Positions 1 to 8,954 of a DNA stretch of 64,000 nt are shown one piece after another. The DNA is from Clostridia bacterium (GTDB lineage Bacteria > Bacillota > Clostridia > TANB77 > CAG-508), in contig JAZUKI010000007.1 in NCBI GenBank assembly GCA_045643205.1, forward strand, positions 32,001 through 96,000. Direction: 5' to 3'. How positions within the stretch are numbered: the stretch's first letter is position 1; every line of letters begins with the position of its first letter. A program made the translations under genes and the position numbers. The notes below the pieces were generated by a model that worked only from the letters and a program-made list of their open reading frames with translations, ran no database searches and had not been told where the DNA came from.

Positions 1-592
1 GTATAATTGTTTTTCCAGCGTTAACTAATTTAATTGCAACATCTGGATTTGCAATAGCAATTCTTGTAACTTGATCTTCTATGTAACCTGCTTCTGTAAA
101 ATCTTTTTTCAAAAATTTATATCTAACTGGTGTATTATAGAATAATTCCTCAACAGTAATAGATGTTCCATTTGGACATCCTTCTTCGTTTTTTTCTATA
201 ATATCTCCACCTTCAATTCTAATTTTATATCCAGTAGTATTATCTTTAGTTTTTGATGTCATTGTTACTTTTGCAACTGCTGCAATACTTGCTAATGCTT
301 CACCTCTGAACCCCATTGATTTAACTGTAGTTAAATCAGTAGCTTGTCTAATTTTACTTGTTGCATGTCTTTCAAATGATATTTCCATATCATCAGGTTC
401 AATTCCGCTCCCATCATCAGTAATTCTTATATATGAAATACCACCGTTTTTTATATCAATTGTTATGTTTTTTGCACCAGCATCAATTGAGTTTTCTGTT
501 AATTCTTTTACTACTGAAGATGGCCTCTCAATAACTTCACCTGCTGCAATTTGATTAATTGTTAAATCATCTAATAAAACAATTTTCCCCAT
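1..592 (-). CDS. mutL: DNA mismatch repair protein MutL, N-terminal part (runs off the window)
   Basis: Manual translation from ATG at 592: MGKIVLLDDLTINQIAAGEVIERPSSVVKELTENSIDAGA...DDGSGI...RHATSKI...GFRGEALASI (GHKL ATPase motifs). Not in the ORF track because it is truncated. Confidence 0.97.
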   Translation of the reverse strand, partial: MGKIVLLDDLTINQIAAGEVIERPSSVVKELTENSIDAGAKNITIDIKNGGISYIRITDDGSGIEPDDMEISFERHATSKIRQATDLTTVKSMGFRGEALASIAAVAKVTMTSKTKDNTTGYKIRIEGGDIIEKNEEGCPNGTSITVEELFYNTPVRYKFLKKDFTEAGYIEDQVTRIAIANPDVAIKLVNAGKTII

Positions 593-705
593 AACTTATA
601 GTATGATTATTTTTTAATCATACACTCCCTTCTAAAATTTTAATCTTTTGTCTATTTATGCAAAATAAATTATATCAATAAAATTTTTAATTGTCATTAT
701 CTAAA

Positions 706-1218
706 TTAATTTGTAATATTTGTGTCTGCACTAGTCATTTTCTTTGTTTTATGTTTTTTATGTAAGCAAATTATCAGCAAAACAATTAGTGCTCCAAATG
801 CTACTCCACATGAATCTATAAAAACATCTCTTACATTACATTCACGCTGTGCAACAAATAATTGATGAATTTCATCAGATGTTGCATATAAAGTTCCAAA
901 TAGTTGTGTGTATAAATATTTAAATTTGTTTTTCATATTGAATGTATTAAGTAATAATACTCCAAAAATTCCGATTGGAACATATTCACTAAAATGTGCA
1001 ATCTTTCTTACAACAAATGTTAATGTTTCTTTGAAATCATATTGTTCTGCTTCACTCATTTGTTCATAGTTTGGAAATAGTTTTAATAATGTTTCAACGA
1101 ATTTTCCACTTTTACTAGAAGATTCTTCTCCATTATCGTTTGAAAAAATGCATATTAAAATACAATTTAAAATTATTATAGTTGAAAAAATTATTCTTGC
1201 TATTATCTTTTTATTCAT
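706..1218 (-). CDS. VanZ-family membrane protein
   Basis: RKIAHFSEY, SDEIHQLFV..R and DVFIDS motifs. Start moved to ATG 1218, preceded by AAGGAG. Confidence 0.85.
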   Translation of the reverse strand: MNKKIIARIIFSTIIILNCILICIFSNDNGEESSSKSGKFVETLLKLFPNYEQMSEAEQYDFKETLTFVVRKIAHFSEYVPIGIFGVLLLNTFNMKNKFKYLYTQLFGTLYATSDEIHQLFVAQRECNVRDVFIDSCGVAFGALIVLLIICLHKKHKTKKMTSADTNITN

Positions 1219-1414
1219 GATGTTCTCCTTTATTGTCTTCATTGTAACATTAAAAATTTTAGCATAAATCAATTTACATCTCAACATTTTACTATTCTTT
1301 ATGTTTCTAAAAACATAAACTAAAATTTGTTTTTTTGTTGAATTATCAATTTCCATTTGCTATAACTTAATTATGACTTATTTTTGATACTACTTTGATA
1401 CAAAGGAGGTTATT

Positions 1415-2722
1415 ATGGAAGAATTAAATAAAATTGATTTAAATACTTTGAATGATGATGTTCAAATAATTGATATTGCTTCAAAATTGCAAGATTATGA
1501 TGAAAGTGAAATTGTTAGACTTTGCTCCGCTTTGTCAGATGAAAAGTTGGCCATGGTAGTCGAACAGACTGATGAAGATACACAAGTTCAAATTATCGAT
1601 GCTTTAACTAATCATCGTACATTAAGTGTTTTTAATTATATGCAAAAAGATGATATCGTTGATATTCTAGGTAACCTTTCTATTGGTCGTAGTAAACAAT
1701 TGATTAATCTTATGAAAGAGGGCGACAAAAAAATAATTGCTACTCTTTTAGGATATAAGGATGATACTGCTGGTGGTATTATGACTACCGAGTTTATCAC
1801 AATGAATAAAAAGTTTACTCTTAAAGAAGCTATTAAAAAGATTCAATCGCTTTCTCCAAAGACAGAATTGCTTGATACAATTTTTGTTACTGATGATAGC
1901 AAACATTTAATCGGTACTGCTGAATTAAGAGATATTATTATAGAAGATGATACTAAAACATTAAATGATATTACTTCAACAAATTTTGTTTATGTTGAAC
2001 CAGAAATTGATCAGGAAGAAGTTGCAAGAATGGTTTCAAAGTATGACTTAACTGTTATCCCTGTTGTTAGCAAAAATATGATTATGCTTGGTATTATTAC
2101 TATTGATGATGTTATTGATGTTTTAGAAGAAGAACAAACTGAAGATGTTCTACAAATGGGTGGTGCTAATAAAGAAGAAACAATTGATTCAACTATTTTT
2201 GAATCAATTAAACTCAGAATACCTTGGTTGTTTGTTAACTTACTTACTGCATTTTTAGCAGCACTAGTTGTAAAAGTTTTTGAATCTACAATCAGTCAAG
2301 TTGTTGCTCTTTCTGCTATTATGGGAATTATTTCTGGTATGGGTGGAAATGCAGGTTCACAAACTGTTTCAATTATTATTCGTTCAATTGCTTTAGGAAA
2401 AATTCACTTTAAAGAAGGTATTAAAAGAGTTTGGAGAGAAGTTTTTGTTGGAATTCTTAATGGACTTATAATTGGACTTATTGCTGGTGTTACAGTTGCA
2501 CTTATTTATGGAAATTGGTTCTTGTGCTTAATTGTTTTATTGGCTATGATGTGTAACTTAGCTATTTCAGGATTCTTTGGAATTCTTGTTCCTTTAGTTT
2601 TAGAAAAATTACATGTTGATCCTGCTTTAAGTTCTTCAATTTTTGTTACAACAGCAACTGACACTTTAGGATTTTTAGTATTCTTAGGATTAGCAAATAT
2701 TTTCTTACCAATGTTAATTTAA
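1415..2722 (+). CDS. mgtE: Magnesium transporter MgtE
   Basis: TAGGIMTTE, CBS pair, GGNAGSQT, DPALSSSIFVTTATD; AGGAGG SD. Confidence 0.95.
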   Translation: MEELNKIDLNTLNDDVQIIDIASKLQDYDESEIVRLCSALSDEKLAMVVEQTDEDTQVQIIDALTNHRTLSVFNYMQKDDIVDILGNLSIGRSKQLINLMKEGDKKIIATLLGYKDDTAGGIMTTEFITMNKKFTLKEAIKKIQSLSPKTELLDTIFVTDDSKHLIGTAELRDIIIEDDTKTLNDITSTNFVYVEPEIDQEEVARMVSKYDLTVIPVVSKNMIMLGIITIDDVIDVLEEEQTEDVLQMGGANKEETIDSTIFESIKLRIPWLFVNLLTAFLAALVVKVFESTISQVVALSAIMGIISGMGGNAGSQTVSIIIRSIALGKIHFKEGIKRVWREVFVGILNGLIIGLIAGVTVALIYGNWFLCLIVLLAMMCNLAISGFFGILVPLVLEKLHVDPALSSSIFVTTATDTLGFLVFLGLANIFLPMLI

Positions 2723-2734
2723 TAAAAAGTATAT

Positions 2735-2770
2735 ACCCTATCAGTTAAACTGATAGGGTTATTTTTTTTT
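2735..2770 (+). terminator. Intrinsic terminator after mgtE
   Basis: ACCCTATCAGTT/AACTGATAGGGT stem followed by a T-tract. Confidence 0.85.
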
Positions 2771-2783
2771 CATAATTTTATAC

Positions 2784-2812
2784 AAAAGAAAAAGGCCAGA
2801 ATGATTCTGGCC
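2784..2812 (-). terminator. Intrinsic terminator of the Pro/Thr-repeat gene
   Basis: GGCCAGAA/TTCTGGCC stem followed by a T-rich tract on the minus strand. Confidence 0.8.
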
Positions 2813-2854
2813 AAATTCTGCTGGGTGACTCTGCCACCTATTTAGGTTGCAGAA

Positions 2855-3508
2855 TCAATTTTCAAAAAATTTGAATGGATCATAGCCATAATGGCTTATA
2901 ATCCATGACCTAAATGACTCTGGGTCATTTTGGTCAATCTCTGCCGGTACGTCACCGGTATAAGTTATTGTAATCACTCCGTTATCATTATGATAACTAA
3001 ATGACCACTCACCTTGCACATGTTCCGGTTTAGCTGTTGACGTCGGTGCCGGTGTAGGTGTTGACGTCGGCTCTGGTGCTGTTGTTACCGTCGGTGTTGG
3101 TGTAGGTGTTGACGTCGGCTCCGGTGCTGTTGTTACCGTCGGTGTTGGTGTAGGTGTTGACGTCGGCTCCGGTGCTGTTGTTACCGTCGGTGTTGGTGTA
3201 GATGTTGACGTCGGCTCCGGTGCTGTTGTTACCGTCGGTGTTGGTGTAGATGTTGACGTTGGCTCCGGTGCTGTTGTTACCGTCGGTGTTGGTGTAGGTG
3301 TTGATGTCGGTTCCGGTGCTGATGTTGCTACTGTTGTTGCATCTGTTAATGCTTTATTAGCAGCATCCTTAGCCTTATCCGAACTACACCTTGTTATAAA
3401 AAATATTACCCCCATTATCACGGCAACAAATGCCATAATAAAAAGGACTATTTTTAATAACTTTTTTAACCGCCGCTTCGCAGCTACTTTTTTAGAAAAA
3501 TTCTTCAT
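2855..3508 (-). CDS. Membrane-anchored Pro/Thr tandem-repeat surface protein
   Basis: Basic N-terminus, one TM helix, 16-aa P/T repeats, short aromatic C-terminal domain; GGAGGT SD. Confidence 0.85.
   Translation of the reverse strand: MKNFSKKVAAKRRLKKLLKIVLFIMAFVAVIMGVIFFITRCSSDKAKDAANKALTDATTVATSAPEPTSTPTPTPTVTTAPEPTSTSTPTPTVTTAPEPTSTSTPTPTVTTAPEPTSTPTPTPTVTTAPEPTSTPTPTPTVTTAPEPTSTPTPAPTSTAKPEHVQGEWSFSYHNDNGVITITYTGDVPAEIDQNDPESFRSWIISHYGYDPFKFFEN
3023..3310 (-). repeat. 48-bp coding tandem repeat, 5 full copies plus 1 degenerate copy (PTSTPTPTPTVTTAPE)
   Basis: Unit ggctccggtgctgttgttaccgtcggtgttggtgtaggtgttgacgtc repeated nearly perfectly. Confidence 0.95.
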
Positions 3509-3607
3509 TAGCTTACCTCCTAGTTGTTTTATATTATAAAGAATTTGTTTTTTCTTTTGAATTCTTTATATGCTTCCCAGCAAATTACAAAAAAGAATTC
3601 TACTTTA

Positions 3608-3636
3608 ATTTTACTAGATTTTGGTATTTTTTTCAA
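3608..3636 (-). promoter_or_regulatory. Sigma-A-type promoter of the Pro/Thr-repeat gene
   Basis: TTGAAA-N17-TAAAAT on the minus strand. Confidence 0.65.
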
Positions 3637-3772
3637 TGTTTTCTAGCTATTCAAGGCCTTCTTTACAATAAATAAATGTTAATGTAATTATGTTGTAATA
3701 TAAACTTAATTATACTTTAACACTATTTTTATATTTATAAGTTATAATATATTTAGCTTTTCACAAAGGAGA

Positions 3773-4621
3773 ATGTTTATGTTATTGATAAATAAAAATC
3801 ATAATCGTGATGAATTAATAGATACTATTTATTATTCTAACTTAGATATGGATAATCAAATTGATGATTTTTTTGATAATAAAATTTTATTAAAAGAATC
3901 TTATACTGAAGATAGTTCTGTATTAAGTAAAAAAGAATATGATCTTTGTGTTTCTGCTATAAATGGTAGTATTAAAAAGTATGTTAATGCTAAGAAAAAG
4001 CTTGCTGCTTTAAAAGAAAAAATTGAAGCTCTTGAAACTCAAGAATTATCTGCTGATATTATAGAAAGAATTGATTCATTTAATTCTAATTATCAAAAAA
4101 TTACTAGTACTATTTTACATAATAGTGTTATAATTTGTGCTACACTTGATAAGTTAAATCACATTGAACCTGAAATTGTTAAAAAAGAAATTTTTGATAA
4201 TAGCGTTTTAAGAATTTCTGAATTAGATAAAAAAATTTATTTACCTTATACTGTAGAAGAAGTAAAAGAAACATTAAATGATTCTGGAAAATATGTTTCT
4301 GAAGAAGATGTTATTAAGAATCATTTTACAATTTCAACAAGTACTTATTTAAATTTCTTTACTGGAAGATATAAAGAAGTTGTTTCTTTAATTAGTAGAA
4401 CATATAATTGTAAAGAGGGTAAATTATTTGCTCTTAAACAAATGTTTAATAGTACTGTTCATCCAGCTATTATTAGAGCATGCAAAACAATGAATGATTA
4501 TAAATATTATTTAAAATGTTTAGAAAATAATAATTTAGAAGATTTCAAATTATTTGAAATAAAATATGAAGTTCTACCAATACATGTTACTGTTAAAGAA
4601 TTTAGTTATACTAAAGAATAA
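3773..4621 (+). CDS. Hypothetical protein (coiled-coil N-terminal half, globular C-terminal domain)
   Basis: 282-aa ORF with AAGGAG SD; no family recognised. Confidence 0.75.
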   Translation: MFMLLINKNHNRDELIDTIYYSNLDMDNQIDDFFDNKILLKESYTEDSSVLSKKEYDLCVSAINGSIKKYVNAKKKLAALKEKIEALETQELSADIIERIDSFNSNYQKITSTILHNSVIICATLDKLNHIEPEIVKKEIFDNSVLRISELDKKIYLPYTVEEVKETLNDSGKYVSEEDVIKNHFTISTSTYLNFFTGRYKEVVSLISRTYNCKEGKLFALKQMFNSTVHPAIIRACKTMNDYKYYLKCLENNNLEDFKLFEIKYEVLPIHVTVKEFSYTKE

Positions 4622-4668
4622 TTTTTATTTATAATATACTAATTAAATTGATAATTTAATTTAAATAA

Positions 4669-4703
4669 AAAAAGAGAACCAGATTAAAAATCTGGTTCTT
4701 TTT
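4669..4703. terminator. Bidirectional intrinsic terminator
   Basis: AGAACCAGATT/AATCTGGTTCT stem flanked by A and T tracts, between convergent genes. Confidence 0.8.
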
Positions 4704-4706
4704 ATA

Positions 4707-5294
4707 TTAATCAAAAATATCTTCGATTACATCTTCTATACCATCATATATTCTATTTTTATAAATTCTATTTGTATTTATATTTGTATTTGTAAAACCT
4801 CTAAATATGTTTGTAACTGCTCCATTTACTATTAATAGAATAACTGTAGGTAAAACTGCTAATCCACCTAAAATAAGACCAACGATAGCTTTTACATCAC
4901 CTTTTTTCATTTTTACTAAACCTATAATACCAAAAACAATTGCTAAAATAACTACTATTATATTTATTCTTGGTATCCACCAGAAAAAGCAAGATACAAT
5001 ACCTAAGATTAATGATGCTGTACAAAATCCGTTTCCTGGATAAGCTTGTGTAGGTTGTCCATATTGATAATTAGGTTGTTGGTATTGTGGTTGATATTGT
5101 GGTGCTTGATATTGTTGAAATGATCCTTGTGGTTGATATTGATTAACTGGTGCTGAGTAATTTTGGCTTGGAGCAGTATATTGTGTATATCCTGCTGGTG
5201 CTGTATATATTGGTTGTACTGGTTGTGTTGCTCCTACTACATTTGAATTTGTGTCAACAATTTGTTGTCCATTAACTAAATTTTCATTATTCAT
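4707..5294 (-). CDS. DUF4190-like membrane protein with a Q/P/Y-rich N-terminus
   Basis: Q/P/Y-rich low-complexity region, then ASLILGIVS...AIVFGIIG...KAIVGLILG. Confidence 0.75.
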   Translation of the reverse strand: MNNENLVNGQQIVDTNSNVVGATQPVQPIYTAPAGYTQYTAPSQNYSAPVNQYQPQGSFQQYQAPQYQPQYQQPNYQYGQPTQAYPGNGFCTASLILGIVSCFFWWIPRINIIVVILAIVFGIIGLVKMKKGDVKAIVGLILGGLAVLPTVILLIVNGAVTNIFRGFTNTNINTNRIYKNRIYDGIEDVIEDIFD

Positions 5295-5317
5295 ATTTTT
5301 TCTCCTTTATAAAAAAA

Positions 5318-6493
5318 TTATCTTTCGTCATCGTCTCTATCACGATTTTTATTTTTATTTTTATCTTTGCCATTTTGATTTATGTTTTCTTTATCTATTG
5401 AAAATTCTACCACAGTTACTTTATTTCTTCCAGTATTTTTTGATATATACATTTGATTATCTGCAGCTTTAATAATTCTACCTGCTAATTTTTCTAGTTT
5501 TTCTGTTTTTCCTATATCTATATCTTTAATTGTATCATAATTTACAAAAGCCATTCCCATGCTACATGTTAAATTTATTTCGTGTTCTCCAATATTTTTT
5601 AAATTTTCTTTAATTCCTTTACAAATTTCTTCATTTCTTGCTATGGCATTTTCAAAGTTTATATTTTTTAATACAATAACAAATTCTTCTCCACCAAATC
5701 TATTTATTGTATTTGCAGTTGTACTTGCTTTTATTTTTGAATCTATATTTGCGTTTGCTATATCTCCATGACGAATTGATTTATTAACATATTGTGCAAG
5801 TGCTTTTAAAACTTCATCTCCTACATCATGTCCATGAGTATCATTTACTTTTTTAAAAAAGTCTGCATCTAACATAGTTACTGCAAATGATTCATGCTGT
5901 TCTATTGCTTCTGCAATATATTCTGCAAGCATTGGTCTTAGTAATTCTTTTCTAGGAACTCCTGTTGTTGAATCAAGTGACAAATTCATTATCTCTTTCA
6001 TATGTGATGTAATATCAACTAAAACAACCATGCAGTAATATCTAAACTTTCTTTTTCTGTCTTCTTCTGAAACATCTTCTTGAATATTCTTTTCGCCTAT
6101 TTTTAGATATGTTCTTTCTACCTTATAAAAAGTTTTAGGTTCTCCTTTTTCATCAGGCATATATATTAATTCTTCCTCTTCATTTTTATCTTTATCAGTA
6201 TCTTTTAGAGTATATTCATTTTTTATATATTTTTTAAAACTCCTATATTTTAATATTTTACTTTGTCCTTCAATTGTTTCTGGATTTGGATATACAAATC
6301 CAGATTTGTCTTCTACAATACCTGAATCAGTTAATTCTTTTTCCATATCTGGCATAATTTTTAAAACATCATTATTTGATAATTTTCTTACCATTATCAA
6401 TGAGTTTTTGCTTTCCCATACTTTGCCTATATTTTCAAAAAAATTATTAGCATCATCAATTTCAATAAATTCTTTTGGATCATTAACATTCAT
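5318..6493 (-). CDS. GGDEF-domain diguanylate cyclase
   Basis: DSTTG, DADFFKKVNDTHGHDVGD, RFGGEEF, ADNQMYISKNTGRN. Confidence 0.9.
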   Translation of the reverse strand: MNVNDPKEFIEIDDANNFFENIGKVWESKNSLIMVRKLSNNDVLKIMPDMEKELTDSGIVEDKSGFVYPNPETIEGQSKILKYRSFKKYIKNEYTLKDTDKDKNEEEELIYMPDEKGEPKTFYKVERTYLKIGEKNIQEDVSEEDRKRKFRYYCMVVLVDITSHMKEIMNLSLDSTTGVPRKELLRPMLAEYIAEAIEQHESFAVTMLDADFFKKVNDTHGHDVGDEVLKALAQYVNKSIRHGDIANANIDSKIKASTTANTINRFGGEEFVIVLKNINFENAIARNEEICKGIKENLKNIGEHEINLTCSMGMAFVNYDTIKDIDIGKTEKLEKLAGRIIKAADNQMYISKNTGRNKVTVVEFSIDKENINQNGKDKNKNKNRDRDDDER

Positions 6494-6528
6494 TGATGTC
6501 CTCCCAAATTTTTAACGTGTTGCTGGTC

Positions 6529-6557
6529 ATTATATCATTTTTGGGCGGTATTATCAA
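6529..6557 (-). promoter_or_regulatory. Sigma-A promoter of the GGDEF gene
   Basis: TTGATA-N17-TATAAT with an extended -10 TG. Confidence 0.7.
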
Positions 6558-6649
6558 CAAAAATCGTTTTTTAATTAAAAACAGAGCTAATTATGTAAAC
6601 CAGCTCTGTTTTTAATTTTTCTCTTTAGGGCAATTTTGCCATAAATTTT

Positions 6650-7150
6650 TTATTTATTTAATTTAAATATAACTTTGTATGTATAATTATCTTTATCCAT
6701 AACCATATAACGTGAATTAAGCATGATTTCTTTTTCAAATTCTATCTTTTCTGTAGTTGGTTGGCCATCTTTTATGTAGCTAATTGTTATGCCATCATCT
6801 GTTGTTTCTAGTATTCTTAAAATTACTCCGCCTTTGTCATCTATAATAGGAAAACCTGCTTCTTTTTCATAAATTTGGTTATTATCTAGAATTCTTGAAT
6901 CATTCATTGACCATCTTCCACCTAAATTTGGTTCACAGAAAGAATCATTTTCACTTATGTTATACCATCTATTTACTACATCTTTTTTAGTTCCATAGTC
7001 GGCAATTACATGCATTTGATATCCTGATGGTTTTCCTTCTGGAAGATTGCTTATAATAATTCCTATTATAGTAACTACTATAATTAAAGCAATCAAAATA
7101 CCAACTGCTTTTTTAGGATTTTCTTTAATATTTTTTATTAAGTCTTTCAT
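6650..7150 (-). CDS. Hypothetical protein with one N-terminal TM helix
   Basis: ORF with AAGGAG SD and a hydrophobic segment at about residues 16-33. Confidence 0.75.
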   Translation of the reverse strand: MKDLIKNIKENPKKAVGILIALIIVVTIIGIIISNLPEGKPSGYQMHVIADYGTKKDVVNRWYNISENDSFCEPNLGGRWSMNDSRILDNNQIYEKEAGFPIIDDKGGVILRILETTDDGITISYIKDGQPTTEKIEFEKEIMLNSRYMVMDKDNYTYKVIFKLNK

Positions 7151-7175
7151 ATCTTCTCCTTATAAAATATTGTGC

Positions 7176-8642
7176 TTAATATAAATCATTATCTTGTAAA
7201 AACTCACTCTCACACGTTAAATTAACTTTAAGTTCTTTTAGAATTCTTCTATCTCCATCTTCTACTATATATGTTGAATGAGCTTCAGTTCCTCTTAATT
7301 TTTCTAAACATTCAATTGCTTTCTTTATCATTGGGTTTGTAACTGAACATATACTTAATGCCGTTAAAACTTCTGGCAAAGTAAGTCTTGTATCATTATT
7401 TAATTCTTTCTTTAATTTAAACATTGGCTCTAAAAGATTTGGTGATAATAAATCAATATCATCTGGAATCTTACTCAAATATTTTATTGCATTTAAAATT
7501 GTGCTACTTGCTGGAGATAATAAATCAGTTTGTCTTCCTGTAATTATTTTTTTATTAACTTTAATTGCCATAGCTGGGCATTTAGATTTTTCTTTCTTTT
7601 CTAATGCTGGTTTAATAACATCTAAATAATTAACATCAATATTAAGTTCATTCATTAACAACTTAATTTTTTCTACTGTATCTGCATCGCTTTGTCCTAT
7701 TTTATAATTGTTTTGTTCATTATAATATCTTCTAATAATTTCTTTTTTAGCTGCCTCTTCTACAACATCATTATCTATTATGCAATTTCCAACCATGTTT
7801 ACACCCATATCTGTTGGAGAATTATAAACTACTTTACTATTTACTCTTTCAAGTATACTCTTTAATACAGGGAACAATTCAATATCTCTATTATAATTTA
7901 CTGCTGTTTTCTTATATTTTTCAAGATAAAAAGGATCAATCATGTTAACATCTGCAAGATCTGCAGTTGCTGCTTCATATGCTAAGTTAACAGGATGTTT
8001 TAAAGGTAAGTTCCAAACTGGGAATGTTTCAAATTTAGCATATCCTGCTTTTATTCCTCTTAAGTTTTCATGATAAATTTGAGATAGGCATGTTGCTAAT
8101 TTTCCGCTTCCAGGTCCTGGAGCATTTACTATTACTAGAGGTTTAGTTGTTTCAATATAAGGGTTTGCACCATATCCTTCTTCACTAACAATTGTATCTA
8201 CATCTGTTGGATACCCTTTAGTGAATGTATGGCAATAAGTTTTTATTCCATTTCTTTCAAGTCTCTTAATAAATCTATCAACACTTGGTTGTTTATCATA
8301 AAGAGTTACTACTACAGAGTTGACTGTAAAGCCCATTGATTTAGCTTTTTGAATAATGTTTAAAAGTTCTATGTCGTATGTAATTCCATATTCAGCTCTT
8401 GTTTTACTTTTTTCAATGGCACTTGCATTAATACAAAATATTATTTCTAGGTCGTCTTTCAATTCTTTAAACATTGATATTTTAGCATCATTTTTAAATC
8501 CTGGAAGAACTCTTGCTGCGTGAGAATCATTGAATAGTTTTCCACCTACTTCAAGGTATAACTTATCAAACATTTTAATTCTCTTTCTAATATTTTCACT
8601 TTGTATTTTTACATATTTTTGATTGTCGAACCCCTTTTTCAT
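7176..8642 (-). CDS. DUF1846-family P-loop protein
   Basis: LYLEVGGKL...HAARVLPGF, APGPGSGKLATCLSQ, GYAKFETFPVWNLPLKHPVNLAYEAATADL. Confidence 0.9.
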   Translation of the reverse strand: MKKGFDNQKYVKIQSENIRKRIKMFDKLYLEVGGKLFNDSHAARVLPGFKNDAKISMFKELKDDLEIIFCINASAIEKSKTRAEYGITYDIELLNIIQKAKSMGFTVNSVVVTLYDKQPSVDRFIKRLERNGIKTYCHTFTKGYPTDVDTIVSEEGYGANPYIETTKPLVIVNAPGPGSGKLATCLSQIYHENLRGIKAGYAKFETFPVWNLPLKHPVNLAYEAATADLADVNMIDPFYLEKYKKTAVNYNRDIELFPVLKSILERVNSKVVYNSPTDMGVNMVGNCIIDNDVVEEAAKKEIIRRYYNEQNNYKIGQSDADTVEKIKLLMNELNIDVNYLDVIKPALEKKEKSKCPAMAIKVNKKIITGRQTDLLSPASSTILNAIKYLSKIPDDIDLLSPNLLEPMFKLKKELNNDTRLTLPEVLTALSICSVTNPMIKKAIECLEKLRGTEAHSTYIVEDGDRRILKELKVNLTCESEFLQDNDLY

Positions 8643-8954
8643 TTTTAACTAACCTCTTTCTTTTTCTCCTTTACCTCAATTATTTTTATCCTTAGTTTCC
8701 AAAATATTGCTCATATTTTATCGCATTAAATTATATATTTGCTGTTTTTAACTTTCAACAAATTTCTCTTAAAAAAAAGGATTCAAAAACCTTCGTTCTT
8801 GAATCCTTGTATTAGTTGTTATTCTAGGTATATATCATTTTTGTAATATACCAATATATGGTTATTTCATTTTGTCATATCGTTATTCTATTTTGCTTTT
8901 TGTTATTTCATTTAACCTATAATCATTTTGCTTATGTTTTAACTATTTTTTTGT

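Noticed and set aside
706-1218. Glycopeptide resistance locus based on vanZ
   Set aside because: Stand-alone VanZ-family genes are widespread and no vanHAX or vanRS genes are present.
3023-3310. Regular repeats as a possible CRISPR array
   Set aside because: The units are contiguous with no unique spacers, are in frame within a CDS, and no cas genes are present.
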